IMG/VR virus record: IMGVR_UViG_3300045993_000169
Location: 1 to 55,093 of that record
Direction: 5' to 3' (one strand)
Length of the DNA: 55,093 nt
Source of the DNA: a virus
Taxonomy: Duplodnaviria; Caudoviricetes
Part shown: positions 27,240 through 34,216 of the stretch, piece by piece
How the letters are laid out: each line of letters opens with the position of its first letter
How positions within the stretch are numbered: the stretch's first letter is position 1
The notes under the pieces: generated by a model
The model's input: only the letters and a program-made list of their open reading frames with translations
What the model was told of the DNA's origin: nothing
The model's database searches: none
Translations under genes and position numbers: made by a program

Positions 27240-27805
27240 GAGTGCACCCCTTCAACCGGAACTGGCTTCGGGAGAACCAACATGTAACCAGAACGGACAC
27301 GACTGACACCAGAGCCAGCGAGGTTTGCCCAGCCCCACTTGGTGTCCTCATATGTTCCGTTGAGGCCTACAGCGTCATAGAGATCGCCAACAGAAGCCAC
27401 GTCATACTTCACGATCATCTGGAAGAGCCGTTCCAGAACTTCTTCAGCATCAGCCTCCGTAGCCAGAACGATGTCGAGAACCTGCTTCTTCACTGGTGTG
27501 ACCGTCTGAACCTTGCCCGGCTCTGCCTTGTCGTTAGCGCGCAACTTCTCCAGTTCGTCGTAGGCAGTCTCGCCGATACCCGACTGCCCAGTCAGGACCA
27601 TGAACGGGAAGTTTTCGGGGACGTGCAGATCGCAGAACTTAATCGGACTGCCATCAACCTTGATAAACGTGATGAGGACGCGTCCGAAGATGTCCTTGAG
27701 CGGCTTGTTCGTGACGCAGTACTTGCTGCCACTCAGGTAGAAGCGATCCTTCTCCTGAATCTCAGCAGCAGTCTTCTTGATGGAGTACTTCGCGGGCTTT
27801 GTCAT
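27236..27805 (-). CDS. chimeric protein whose C-terminal domain is paralogous to 23721..24383
   Basis: IVL.T..EAEEV..RLF..KY..V.DLYD.VG..GW..GVSRV..GY.L.LPKP shared. Confidence 0.7.
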   Translation of the reverse strand: MTKPAKYSIKKTAAEIQEKDRFYLSGSKYCVTNKPLKDIFGRVLITFIKVDGSPIKFCDLHVPENFPFMVLTGQSGIGETAYDELEKLRANDKAEPGKVQTVTPVKKQVLDIVLATEADAEEVLERLFQMIVKYDVASVGDLYDAVGLNGTYEDTKWGWANLAGSGVSRVRSGYMLVLPKPVPVEGVHS

Positions 27806-27816
27806 GACAATTCCTT

Positions 27817-28110
27817 TCAGATTTTGTAAAGCGCGGAATCAAATATGGATTGAGCGTGGAACACACCTTGGTCCATGTTCTTGCTATGGCTGTGTGCTCC
27901 CTTGTGACCATTCCGACGAAGACAGGAACGTACGATGTCGCAGTCCCGATCAACCTCGTTGTTCTCGATCTTGATCTCGACGATCCCATTCATCTGGAAA
28001 CCGATCATCGAGGGAATGCCTTCCAAATATGCCGTGAGGTCCGTGTAAGACTCGAACTCTCTAGGCATCTGGATAGCATTGTCGTGGAAGTCGAGTCTTA
28101 CTTTGAACAT
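27817..28110 (-). CDS. hypothetical protein
   Basis: GGGGA RBS before MFKVRL. Confidence 0.55.
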   Translation of the reverse strand: MFKVRLDFHDNAIQMPREFESYTDLTAYLEGIPSMIGFQMNGIVEIKIENNEVDRDCDIVRSCLRRNGHKGAHSHSKNMDQGVFHAQSIFDSALYKI

Positions 28111-28292
28111 TTGATTCCCCGTTCCTTGTCCCACAGATACTGCGAGGCAAGATAGATTGGACTTGGCGTGCAATCTGCACAGAACGACGTAGGGTACTCA
28201 ACACCCAAATATGCACCGCAGCCTTCGCAGTGCTGGATTCGGACGTAGTGTCCCTCACCTGCATACTCGTAGTACGTTTTGTCCTCAGTCAT
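28098..28292 (-). CDS. small zinc-finger protein
   Basis: CEGC..CADC. Confidence 0.6.
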   Translation of the reverse strand: MTEDKTYYEYAGEGHYVRIQHCEGCGAYLGVEYPTSFCADCTPSPIYLASQYLWDKERGIKCSK

Positions 28293-28494
28293 AATTGACA
28301 GTTCCTTTGTAGTGAAGTGGGCATGGAATATAGCCACGATTGTCAGGCACACCAAGTCGATGCCAGATGCTCACCGGAGGATTGAACACCCAATCCGGGA
28401 GCCACGAGAATGCTGTAAACCAGACGATGCAACACGTCGGGAATCCATAGTGTCGTCCCTGTCGAATATGGAAGCGCAGGTTGAGAAACTTCAT
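28285..28494 (-). CDS. small hypothetical protein
   Basis: G.HYGFP.CC..GYIPC..H. Confidence 0.6.
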   Translation of the reverse strand: MKFLNLRFHIRQGRHYGFPTCCIVWFTAFSWLPDWVFNPPVSIWHRLGVPDNRGYIPCPLHYKGTVNYD

Positions 28495-28528
28495 AACACT
28501 TTTCCCTTCAAAGCAATTTGGCAAAGAC

Positions 28529-28561
28529 AAAAGAAGAGCCCGTGTTAGGGGCTCCTCTCTT
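28529..28561 (-). terminator. terminator hairpin
   Basis: GAGCCC/GGGCUC hairpin followed by UUCUUUU. Confidence 0.6.
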
Positions 28562-28582
28562 GGGACGATCAGGGTGGGGTGG

Positions 28583-28777
28583 TCAGGACTCGATGGTCTC
28601 GACGACGGTCTCCACGATCTCTTCGATGGAGGAGGAATCGGACTTCAGCTTGACAACGAGCACGGCGACGACGGTGACAGCGACTGCTGCGACGGCGACG
28701 CGAATGGCGTTGGTCTTGGTGAAGAGGGACTTCTTCTCGACGGGGAGGGTGGTGATGTCGGGAGTGTTCTCGGACAT
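28583..28777 (-). CDS. cassette gene, single-TM membrane protein
   Basis: VAVAAVAVTVVAVLVV; GAAAGG RBS. Confidence 0.7.
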   Translation of the reverse strand: MSENTPDITTLPVEKKSLFTKTNAIRVAVAAVAVTVVAVLVVKLKSDSSSIEEIVETVVETIES

Positions 28778-28805
28778 GGTGGTACCTTTCTGGTTGATGG
28801 GTCTC

Positions 28806-28830
28806 ATTATAGACCCGGTATTTCTTGCGA
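28806..28830 (-). promoter_or_regulatory. phage promoter motif
   Basis: TCGCAA-N13-TATAATGAGA. Confidence 0.8.
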
Positions 28831-28836
28831 GGTGGA

Positions 28837-29292
28837 TCAGGAAATCGACGAAGCCAGATCCAGAACTGTGAACATACGACGCTCTGCATTTCCAGCATTG
28901 ATCTGGGCAGCATCAAGTTTCATCCGAAGTCGCCCGATCTCATCCTCAAGATCGTCACGATGCGCTTGAGTTGACTTGAGTTCCTTCTCGAGTTCGTGGA
29001 TGCGAACCTCAGACGCAGATATGGTGACCGTGTTCTTGGTCCCTCTCTGAGTGTACGTACGCTTGGCCTTACCAACTGCAATGGCAGTCTGGCGCTTGGA
29101 TCGAGTCTTACTGGGGTACGCCTCAGGATTCTCCTTCCGCGCCTCAGCAATCGTTCTCATAGGCTGTCCAGTCAACTTCGACCGAAGGGCCTCGAGAGCC
29201 TCATCGCTCTTCTTCTCCTCAGCACGCTTCGCTCTGTTTGCTTCCAGAACGGCAGCGTGAGCGACTGGATCTTTTGGATGTCCACTAGGCAT
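28837..29292 (-). CDS. basic coiled-coil protein
   Basis: AAGGAG RBS before MPSGHP; parallels the 11686 protein. Confidence 0.65.
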   Translation of the reverse strand: MPSGHPKDPVAHAAVLEANRAKRAEEKKSDEALEALRSKLTGQPMRTIAEARKENPEAYPSKTRSKRQTAIAVGKAKRTYTQRGTKNTVTISASEVRIHELEKELKSTQAHRDDLEDEIGRLRMKLDAAQINAGNAERRMFTVLDLASSIS

Positions 29293-29318
29293 AACGGGTC
29301 TCCTTATATTTGGGTGAA

Positions 29319-29537
29319 TCAGTGAACTTGCGTTTCCTTCAGCGAAAAAGTGCCGTACTGAATCCACCAGTCAGCATCTTTGCCTTGCATGTATCGATGA
29401 CCAGCCTTATGTTTTCCATCGACTTCATCCTGAATCCATCGTTTTGCAGCCGTCACGTCAGTAGCGAGTGCTCTAAAAACAGCAAAACCATTCATGGAGT
29501 CGACGTCGTGCTGTTCAATAACAATTACGGTCTCCAT
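29319..29537 (-). CDS. hypothetical protein
   Basis: GAAAGGA RBS. Confidence 0.65.
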   Translation of the reverse strand: METVIVIEQHDVDSMNGFAVFRALATDVTAAKRWIQDEVDGKHKAGHRYMQGKDADWWIQYGTFSLKETQVH

Positions 29538-29547
29538 CAGAATCCTT

Positions 29548-30333
29548 TCAGTGAATCCGGTGGTAATCCCTTACCGGAGCAACTCGGAACTCAATTGCAA
29601 TGCAAGGACGCTGGTCATCAGACAGAGTTCCAGTGAACTTGCACTCTAACGGCTTCTCACTTGTCCAACCGACTTCATCAGAATATGCCGTCGTGGCAAG
29701 TCCGATGTTGTCGTAGAAGTCGCCGAGAGATGCGTAGCCATCGCTCAGCATTGTGTAATTGATGTCGTTCTGAGCCTTCTTGAGCGTCTCCATGTCACTC
29801 GTGAAATATCGCCCAGAGAAAGAGTCGAAACAGAGGACTTCGCCGTTTCCTGTGATGATGACCTCACGATCACCGACAGGATTCCGACGAACCTGATCTT
29901 GCATGACTTCATCGTGGATCTTCTGTTCCTTGCCCTGACCGATTTTCTCGACGACCTTTTCCTTGTATTCGGTGAAGGCCTTCTCGGAGATGGAGTATGC
30001 GGCAGCCACCGCAGCAGCCCGACGTGTTCCGATACGGTTGGCGCCGATGATGCACACTACGGTCGCGACAACCGTACCAATCGCTGGGATGTACTCCTTC
30101 CATACGAGGACGATCTTCTCCTTGGGCTCCAGAATATGGGGCGGGTTGCCATTTGCACTCTTGCTGATTCGATACTGCTCATCTGCGATGATCTCGACAG
30201 CCTTGATAGTTGCCGTCCCCGTAAGGAAAGCCACACCAAGCGTTCCTGTGACAGCGACAGCAGTAAGAATCGCAGGCGAGTGGTCAATCGCCAGTTTCTC
30301 AACTCGTTTTGCTACCTCAACAAACGTAGTCAT
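29548..30333 (-). CDS. conserved membrane-associated protein (DUF6353-like)
   Basis: HSPAILT TM, AAAY, SGRYF, GW; paralog of 22671..23579. Confidence 0.7.
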   Translation of the reverse strand: MTTFVEVAKRVEKLAIDHSPAILTAVAVTGTLGVAFLTGTATIKAVEIIADEQYRISKSANGNPPHILEPKEKIVLVWKEYIPAIGTVVATVVCIIGANRIGTRRAAAVAAAYSISEKAFTEYKEKVVEKIGQGKEQKIHDEVMQDQVRRNPVGDREVIITGNGEVLCFDSFSGRYFTSDMETLKKAQNDINYTMLSDGYASLGDFYDNIGLATTAYSDEVGWTSEKPLECKFTGTLSDDQRPCIAIEFRVAPVRDYHRIH

Positions 30334-30574
30334 GCTTGTGCTCCTCTAGTTCGTGTTCAGCATCGATAGAAGCGTTGATGCCATCAACGCCCTCGAAATA
30401 TCGGTTCTTCTCAAGACACTTTCTCACAAAGAAAGCCGATGCTGCGATGATGACAAAGAGAAAAGCCACGCCGTCAAATTTCTCACGAATGACGAGTGAC
30501 AGAAGGACTCCCATCATAGCGGCAATATAAACTATGCAGGCGTAGAAACGTCCACGCATAACAAAACCTTTCAC
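30317..30574 (-). CDS. two-TM membrane protein
   Basis: two hydrophobic helices; GTGA overlap with deaminase stop. Confidence 0.6.
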   Translation of the reverse strand: MKGFVMRGRFYACIVYIAAMMGVLLSLVIREKFDGVAFLFVIIAASAFFVRKCLEKNRYFEGVDGINASIDAEHELEEHKHDYVC

Positions 30575-30978
30575 TTCGAATTCGGGTAGATCGTCCTTAC
30601 AATCCCAGAACCTGCGATGAGTTTTGCGCAATCTTTGCAAGGCTCACAGGTGACATAGATAGAGGCACCAACAAGTGATGTCCTCGCATAGAGAAGGGCG
30701 TTGGCTTCTGCATGGATGGATACGCAGTTGTCGTATGCCGATAAGGCACTGACGTCATCGTAAGACATCCGACCTCGTGGGCAATGACCAGCAAGACATC
30801 CCGGCATCCCAGAGGGAGCACCGTTATATCCTGTCGAGAGAATGCGATGACCGGCATCGACAATAACAGAGCCTACTTGTCTTCGGCGACAGTCGGCTCG
30901 TAGTGAAACTGCGTCAGCGAGGTTCAGGAAGTATGCGTCCCATGGTGGGCGATAGTCATCCACGACGACGCATCTCAC
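30571..30978 (-). CDS. dCMP deaminase
   Basis: GYNG, HAEAN, PCxxC motifs. Confidence 0.9.
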   Translation of the reverse strand: MRCVVVDDYRPPWDAYFLNLADAVSLRADCRRRQVGSVIVDAGHRILSTGYNGAPSGMPGCLAGHCPRGRMSYDDVSALSAYDNCVSIHAEANALLYARTSLVGASIYVTCEPCKDCAKLIAGSGIVRTIYPNSK

Positions 30979-31078
30979 GGACGAAGATCCAGATGAGCCA
31001 TAGACCTCCGGTGATGGTAGTCAGGACGACATCGAGGATGAAGTTCCAGAAGCCGTAGCGACGACGATTGTTTGCCAT
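30956..31078 (-). CDS. small membrane protein (40 aa, not in ORF track)
   Basis: MANNRRRYGFWNFILDVVLTTITGGLWLIWIFVREMRRRG; AAGGAG RBS. Confidence 0.7.
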   Translation of the reverse strand: MANNRRRYGFWNFILDVVLTTITGGLWLIWIFVREMRRRG

Positions 31079-31108
31079 TGTGGTTCTCCTTCAGAGTTGG
31101 TTAGGCAG

Positions 31109-31208
31109 AAAAAAATGAGAACCTATGACTACATCTAGTAGGACGTGTTCGTTGCAGTAACGGACAACGTCAGACTCATTGCGGTAACGGGCCCATAGGG
31201 TTCTCATT
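31109..31208 (-). ncRNA. candidate promoter-driven small RNA with two CCGUUACY loops
   Basis: terminal IR AATGAGAACC(C)TATG followed by U7; 15-nt internal repeat. Confidence 0.6.
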
Positions 31209-31230
31209 ATAGGGGGTGACTTTCTTGCGA
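31206..31230 (-). promoter_or_regulatory. phage promoter motif
   Basis: TCGCAA-N13-TATAATGAGA. Confidence 0.8.
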
Positions 31231-31261
31231 GGTCAAAAATGAAACCACATACATTGCTCGC

Positions 31262-31354
31262 GTGTACCATCAAAGACGATTTTTGCACGGAGTTAGGTGT
31301 GCCATTATAAATGACTTTTGCACCGCAGTGTACCATCAAAGACGATTTTTGCAC
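31262..31354. repeat. three 27-bp direct repeats inside a candidate small RNA (31236-31370)
   Basis: 31262-31288 and 31328-31354 identical, 31297-31323 diverged. Confidence 0.8.
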
Positions 31355-31371
31355 TGACTATGTGATTCCAA

Positions 31372-31464
31372 ATAATGAGAGAGAAATCTGATATGGTTCG
31401 GTGTCGTAGTGTCACGTCTCCGAGTGGTGCCGTAGTGTCACGGCTCCGATTTCTCTCTCATTAT
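31372..31464 (-). ncRNA. candidate small RNA with twin hairpins closed by a 17-bp IR
   Basis: IR 31372-31388/31448-31464; 24-nt repeats 31400-31423 and 31426-31449. Confidence 0.6.
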
Positions 31465-31484
31465 AGGGGGTGAAATTCTCGCGA
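31460..31484 (-). promoter_or_regulatory. phage promoter motif
   Basis: TCGCGA-N13-TATAATGAGA. Confidence 0.8.
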
Positions 31485-31486
31485 GG

Positions 31487-31882
31487 TTAAACGGTCCCCA
31501 ATCCGATGATCTCGTAATGAAGACCTTGAAGATGATCGGTATGCCCATTCAGATGCTTTGACATTACCGTCACAGCGTTGCCGGTCTCTTCCGCACAATC
31601 TTTGACTGTCTCCCAAATTTGATTCGTCTCAAGACACTTGACGAACTTATGGGCATACCCACCAAGATTCACATTGTTCGAGACTGTTATGACCGGTGCT
31701 ATAACGGGTGCTATAACAGGCGCGATGACAGGAGCAACCGTGTTAACGATCTGGGTTGAAGTCTGATTAAACTTCACGAAAAGCAAAGTCCCAGCGACGG
31801 TAACTGCAGCAGTGACACCGATCGCAATGTAGACGTTCTTGTTCTCTTGGAAATGCGTCTTGATCTTGTCACGCTGGGCCAT
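31487..31882 (-). CDS. membrane-anchored protein with NUMOD1-like DNA-binding domain
   Basis: TM helix, (APVI)x4 linker, VKCLETNQIWETVKDCAE; start uncertain. Confidence 0.6.
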   Translation of the reverse strand: MAQRDKIKTHFQENKNVYIAIGVTAAVTVAGTLLFVKFNQTSTQIVNTVAPVIAPVIAPVIAPVITVSNNVNLGGYAHKFVKCLETNQIWETVKDCAEETGNAVTVMSKHLNGHTDHLQGLHYEIIGLGTV

Positions 31883-31925
31883 GTTCAACAATGTATCTTC
31901 CCCTTCGGTTTTGGGTGGGCGAGGC

Positions 31926-32064
31926 AAAAAAATGAGATCGAGGTAAACGCTCCAACTAAAAGCGTTTCGTTAACTAGCTGTTTGTACCTTGCTAGCACAT
32001 CAGGTAGGATTCGAACCTACACATTAGTGTCTTGATCTCCGGGTTTGCACCAGAGCTCTCTCTC
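31926..32064 (-). ncRNA. candidate structured small RNA containing a tRNA T-arm
   Basis: GUAGG-UUCGAAU-CCUAC at 32004-32020, further hairpins, closing stem followed by U7. Confidence 0.6.
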
Positions 32065-32089
32065 ATTATAGGACGAGTAATTCCTGCGA
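32065..32089 (-). promoter_or_regulatory. phage promoter motif
   Basis: TCGCAG-N13-TATAATGAGA. Confidence 0.8.
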
Positions 32090-32389
32090 GGGATAGCGAA
32101 TCATGAAGGCTGGTTTACACTTTCCGCGCTTTGAAAAACCAAACTTCTCGTAGAGTTCCTCAAGTTGAGTATCGTTCAATGTAGTTTGTATTGGGTGGCC
32201 ATACCGCTGAGCAGAGAGCGTAAGTGTAAAACCGTGCTTATCAGCATACTGAATGACCTCGTCTAAAACAGCATTCGCTTGCCCCTGATGCCTAACAGGA
32301 GACCACAGACTCGACACAGAATATAGATTAGGTTCGATGTAGATGAGTCTGACTGAAGCTTGACCGTTCTTAAACTCTATGGGTTTCAT
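32066..32389 (-). CDS. GNAT-family acetyltransferase
   Basis: RHQGQA motif A, LYEKFGF. Confidence 0.75.
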   Translation of the reverse strand: MKPIEFKNGQASVRLIYIEPNLYSVSSLWSPVRHQGQANAVLDEVIQYADKHGFTLTLSAQRYGHPIQTTLNDTQLEELYEKFGFSKRGKCKPAFMIRYPSQELLVL

Positions 32390-32413
32390 GTAGTCTCCTT
32401 ACACGAATATGAC

Positions 32414-32446
32414 AAACCTTAAGCCCCAGTAAAGGGGCGTCGGGTT
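32414..32446 (-). terminator. cassette-type terminator
   Basis: GCCCC/GGGGC hairpin within AACC/GGUU. Confidence 0.65.
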
Positions 32447-32630
32447 AGAGGTCCAATGCTTCAAGTGCGGTTTTGAACTTGGATACGGTCTTGCTCGTCT
32501 TCTTCTTCATGTCGTCCAACTCGGCCTGCATCTTCTTGGCTCCAACCAGCATAGTTACTAGTGTGGCGCTCGAGACGATGAGGCTGAGTGACGAGACAGT
32601 GATGAGGGCGACGGTAGTCGATGTATTCAT
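32445..32630 (-). CDS. cassette gene, small membrane protein
   Basis: GAAAGG RBS, hydrophobic N-terminus. Confidence 0.7.
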   Translation of the reverse strand: MNTSTTVALITVSSLSLIVSSATLVTMLVGAKKMQAELDDMKKKTSKTVSKFKTALEALDL

Positions 32631-32661
32631 TTCAATGCCTTTCGTAGGGCGTATGGGTCTC

Positions 32662-32686
32662 ATTATAGGGCATGTTTTTCCTACGA
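32662..32686 (-). promoter_or_regulatory. phage promoter motif
   Basis: TCGTAG-N13-TATAATGAGA. Confidence 0.8.
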
Positions 32687-32693
32687 ATATGGC

Positions 32694-32727
32694 AGACCTA
32701 AAGGCCCGGTTAGGGGTCCTTAGTTCT
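32694..32727 (-). terminator. cassette-type terminator
   Basis: + strand AGACCTAAAGGCCC..GGGTCCTTAGTTCT. Confidence 0.65.
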
Positions 32728-32734
32728 TGAGCGT

Positions 32735-32914
32735 TCAGTCAACGAGGTTGTAGAACTCTTCGAACAGGTCGTGGTCCTTGAGGAACTGGTTGTGCTGGGA
32801 AATTCCGTTCTTCATCAGTACACAGGCCGTGGTGGTAACGACGAGTGCGGTGACGAGGATTCCGGTCTTGTGGGCAACAACGAAGTTCTTCGCTTTGACG
32901 GCGATGTCGTTCAT
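32735..32914 (-). CDS. cassette gene, small membrane protein
   Basis: AAGGAG RBS; paralog of 33258..33461. Confidence 0.7.
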   Translation of the reverse strand: MNDIAVKAKNFVVAHKTGILVTALVVTTTACVLMKNGISQHNQFLKDHDLFEEFYNLVD

Positions 32915-32944
32915 GGTCTTCTCCTTGTGGTGGTGAATGGTCTC

Positions 32945-32969
32945 ATTAGAGGACATGAAAAACTCGCGA
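32945..32969 (-). promoter_or_regulatory. phage promoter motif
   Basis: TCGCGA-N13-TCTAATGAGA. Confidence 0.8.
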
Positions 32970-32973
32970 AGTC

Positions 32974-33009
32974 AAAACCTAAACCACGTGAATATGGTGT
33001 GGTGTAGGT
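32974..33009 (-). terminator. cassette-type terminator (GAATATGG-loop subtype)
   Basis: + strand AAAACCTAAACCACGTGAATATGGTGTGGTGTAGGT. Confidence 0.7.
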
Positions 33010-33019
33010 CCTGAGGTCA

Positions 33020-33157
33020 TCAGTTGATGATGATTTCGTATGAACGAGTTCCGTCGAGATGTGTGATGGTGTTGATCTTCTGGCCTTTTCGAGCTGCGTG
33101 AGCAAGCTGTAAAGAGCCGTAAAAGTCAGCCATCTTAGTAACGAGGTACTTCTTCAT
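33020..33157 (-). CDS. cassette gene, 45 aa (not in ORF track)
   Basis: MKKYLVTKMADFYGSLQLAHAARKGQKINTITHLDGTRSYEIIIN; AAGGAG RBS. Confidence 0.7.
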   Translation of the reverse strand: MKKYLVTKMADFYGSLQLAHAARKGQKINTITHLDGTRSYEIIIN

Positions 33158-33185
33158 GGTCTTCTCCTTTAATGGATGTGATCTC

Positions 33186-33210
33186 ATTAAAGGGCAGGTA
33201 AAACCTGCGA
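33186..33210 (-). promoter_or_regulatory. phage promoter motif
   Basis: TCGCAG-N13-TTTAATGAGA. Confidence 0.8.
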
Positions 33211-33214
33211 GGGC

Positions 33215-33250
33215 AAAACCTAAACCGCGTGAATATGGTGCGGTGTAGGT
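33215..33250 (-). terminator. cassette-type terminator (GAATATGG-loop subtype)
   Basis: near-identical to 32974-33009. Confidence 0.7.
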
Positions 33251-33257
33251 CCTGAGG

Positions 33258-33461
33258 TCAGGCGTTCAGTTCGGCGAGCATTTCCGGGTTGTAGTACTCC
33301 ATCAGGTCGATTCCCTTTTCGGTGAGGAACTCGTCGAACATCTTCTTGTTGTACTGTTGTAGGGCGATCGCTGCGATAGCGACGGCTCCTAGAACATATG
33401 CAGCCTTGTGGGATGTGACGTTGTTCTTCGCTTTGAGGGCGACGGACTTGACTTTGTTCAT
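33258..33461 (-). CDS. cassette gene, small membrane protein
   Basis: KAKN.V..HK, TM, EFL.E..L.EYY. Confidence 0.7.
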   Translation of the reverse strand: MNKVKSVALKAKNNVTSHKAAYVLGAVAIAAIALQQYNKKMFDEFLTEKGIDLMEYYNPEMLAELNA

Positions 33462-33495
33462 GGGGAAATTCCTTTCGGTTGTGAATCATGGTCTC

Positions 33496-33520
33496 ATTAG
33501 AGGGCAGGAATATGCTGCGA
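33496..33520 (-). promoter_or_regulatory. phage promoter motif
   Basis: TCGCAG-N13-TCTAATGAGA. Confidence 0.8.
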
Positions 33521-33523
33521 AGG

Positions 33524-33562
33524 AAAAAACCTAAAGCCCTTGTAATAAGGGCCTGTCGGTTT
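33524..33562 (-). terminator. cassette-type terminator
   Basis: GCCCUU/AAGGGC hairpin followed by UUUAGGUUUUUU. Confidence 0.7.
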
Positions 33563-33570
33563 GGGTGAAT

Positions 33571-33840
33571 CTACTTGGAGGTGAGTTTCGCAACCTTCGC
33601 GAAGAAGATCTTATCGTACTCGCCGGTGGAGCCGTCGGAATCATCCACGACGTTGTTGTACTCTCCACGCAGGCTCTCGAAGAACATCTCTTTACTAACC
33701 TTCCGGACGATCATTGGATCGATGTCGGAATGGTTCTTAACGAGTTCTTCGGTGGAGCCTACATAGGATACGTACATCACGGTGGGGATGGCGGCGGCAG
33801 CAAGAGCGATGACTGACAAGATGATCTTGGTTTTGGTCAT
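33571..33840 (-). CDS. cassette gene, N-terminal TM protein
   Basis: AAAGGA RBS. Confidence 0.7.
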   Translation of the reverse strand: MTKTKIILSVIALAAAAIPTVMYVSYVGSTEELVKNHSDIDPMIVRKVSKEMFFESLRGEYNNVVDDSDGSTGEYDKIFFAKVAKLTSK

Positions 33841-33867
33841 GGTACTGTCCTTTGTTAGTAGGGGTTC

Positions 33868-33892
33868 ATTATAGGGCATGAAAATCCTGCGA
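33868..33892 (-). promoter_or_regulatory. phage promoter motif
   Basis: TCGCAG-N13-TATAATGA. Confidence 0.8.
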
Positions 33893-33896
33893 AGCC

Positions 33897-33932
33897 AAAA
33901 CCTAAACCACGTGAATATGGTGCGGCGTAGGT
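33897..33932 (-). terminator. cassette-type terminator (GAATATGG-loop subtype)
   Basis: + strand AAAACCTAAACCACGTGAATATGGTGCGGCGTAGGT. Confidence 0.7.
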
Positions 33933-33939
33933 CTTGAGA

Positions 33940-34188
33940 CTACTTCGTGTTCAGAAGCAGTTTGTATGCATCGAATTGGGCTTCATCCATGGCAACCACG
34001 GCCCAACCGTAGTCATCCCGAAGCTCACGGATAAACTCGTTAACGACATCGGCCTTGACCGGAGCGGTGGGCATACCAAATTTCTTGGTAAGCACTACTC
34101 CGATCACGACTCCTGCAATAGCGGTAGTGGTGAGGATGGGAACTAGGTTCTCGTGGACTGCCTTTTTGAAGTTCTTGACGGTTAACAT
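33940..34188 (-). CDS. cassette gene, single-TM protein
   Basis: GAAAGGA RBS. Confidence 0.7.
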   Translation of the reverse strand: MLTVKNFKKAVHENLVPILTTTAIAGVVIGVVLTKKFGMPTAPVKADVVNEFIRELRDDYGWAVVAMDEAQFDAYKLLLNTK

Positions 34189-34216
34189 GTCTGTTCCTTT
34201 CTTGGGGGTTGGTCTC

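Noticed and set aside
31262-31354. CRISPR mini-array
   Set aside because: Only three units separated by 4-8 nt, so there are no spacer-sized unique sequences, and no cas operon is present
31990-32064. Canonical tRNA gene
   Set aside because: The T-arm is perfect but no 7-bp acceptor stem, D-arm or anticodon arm lies at the required distances; kept as a tRNA-like ncRNA candidate
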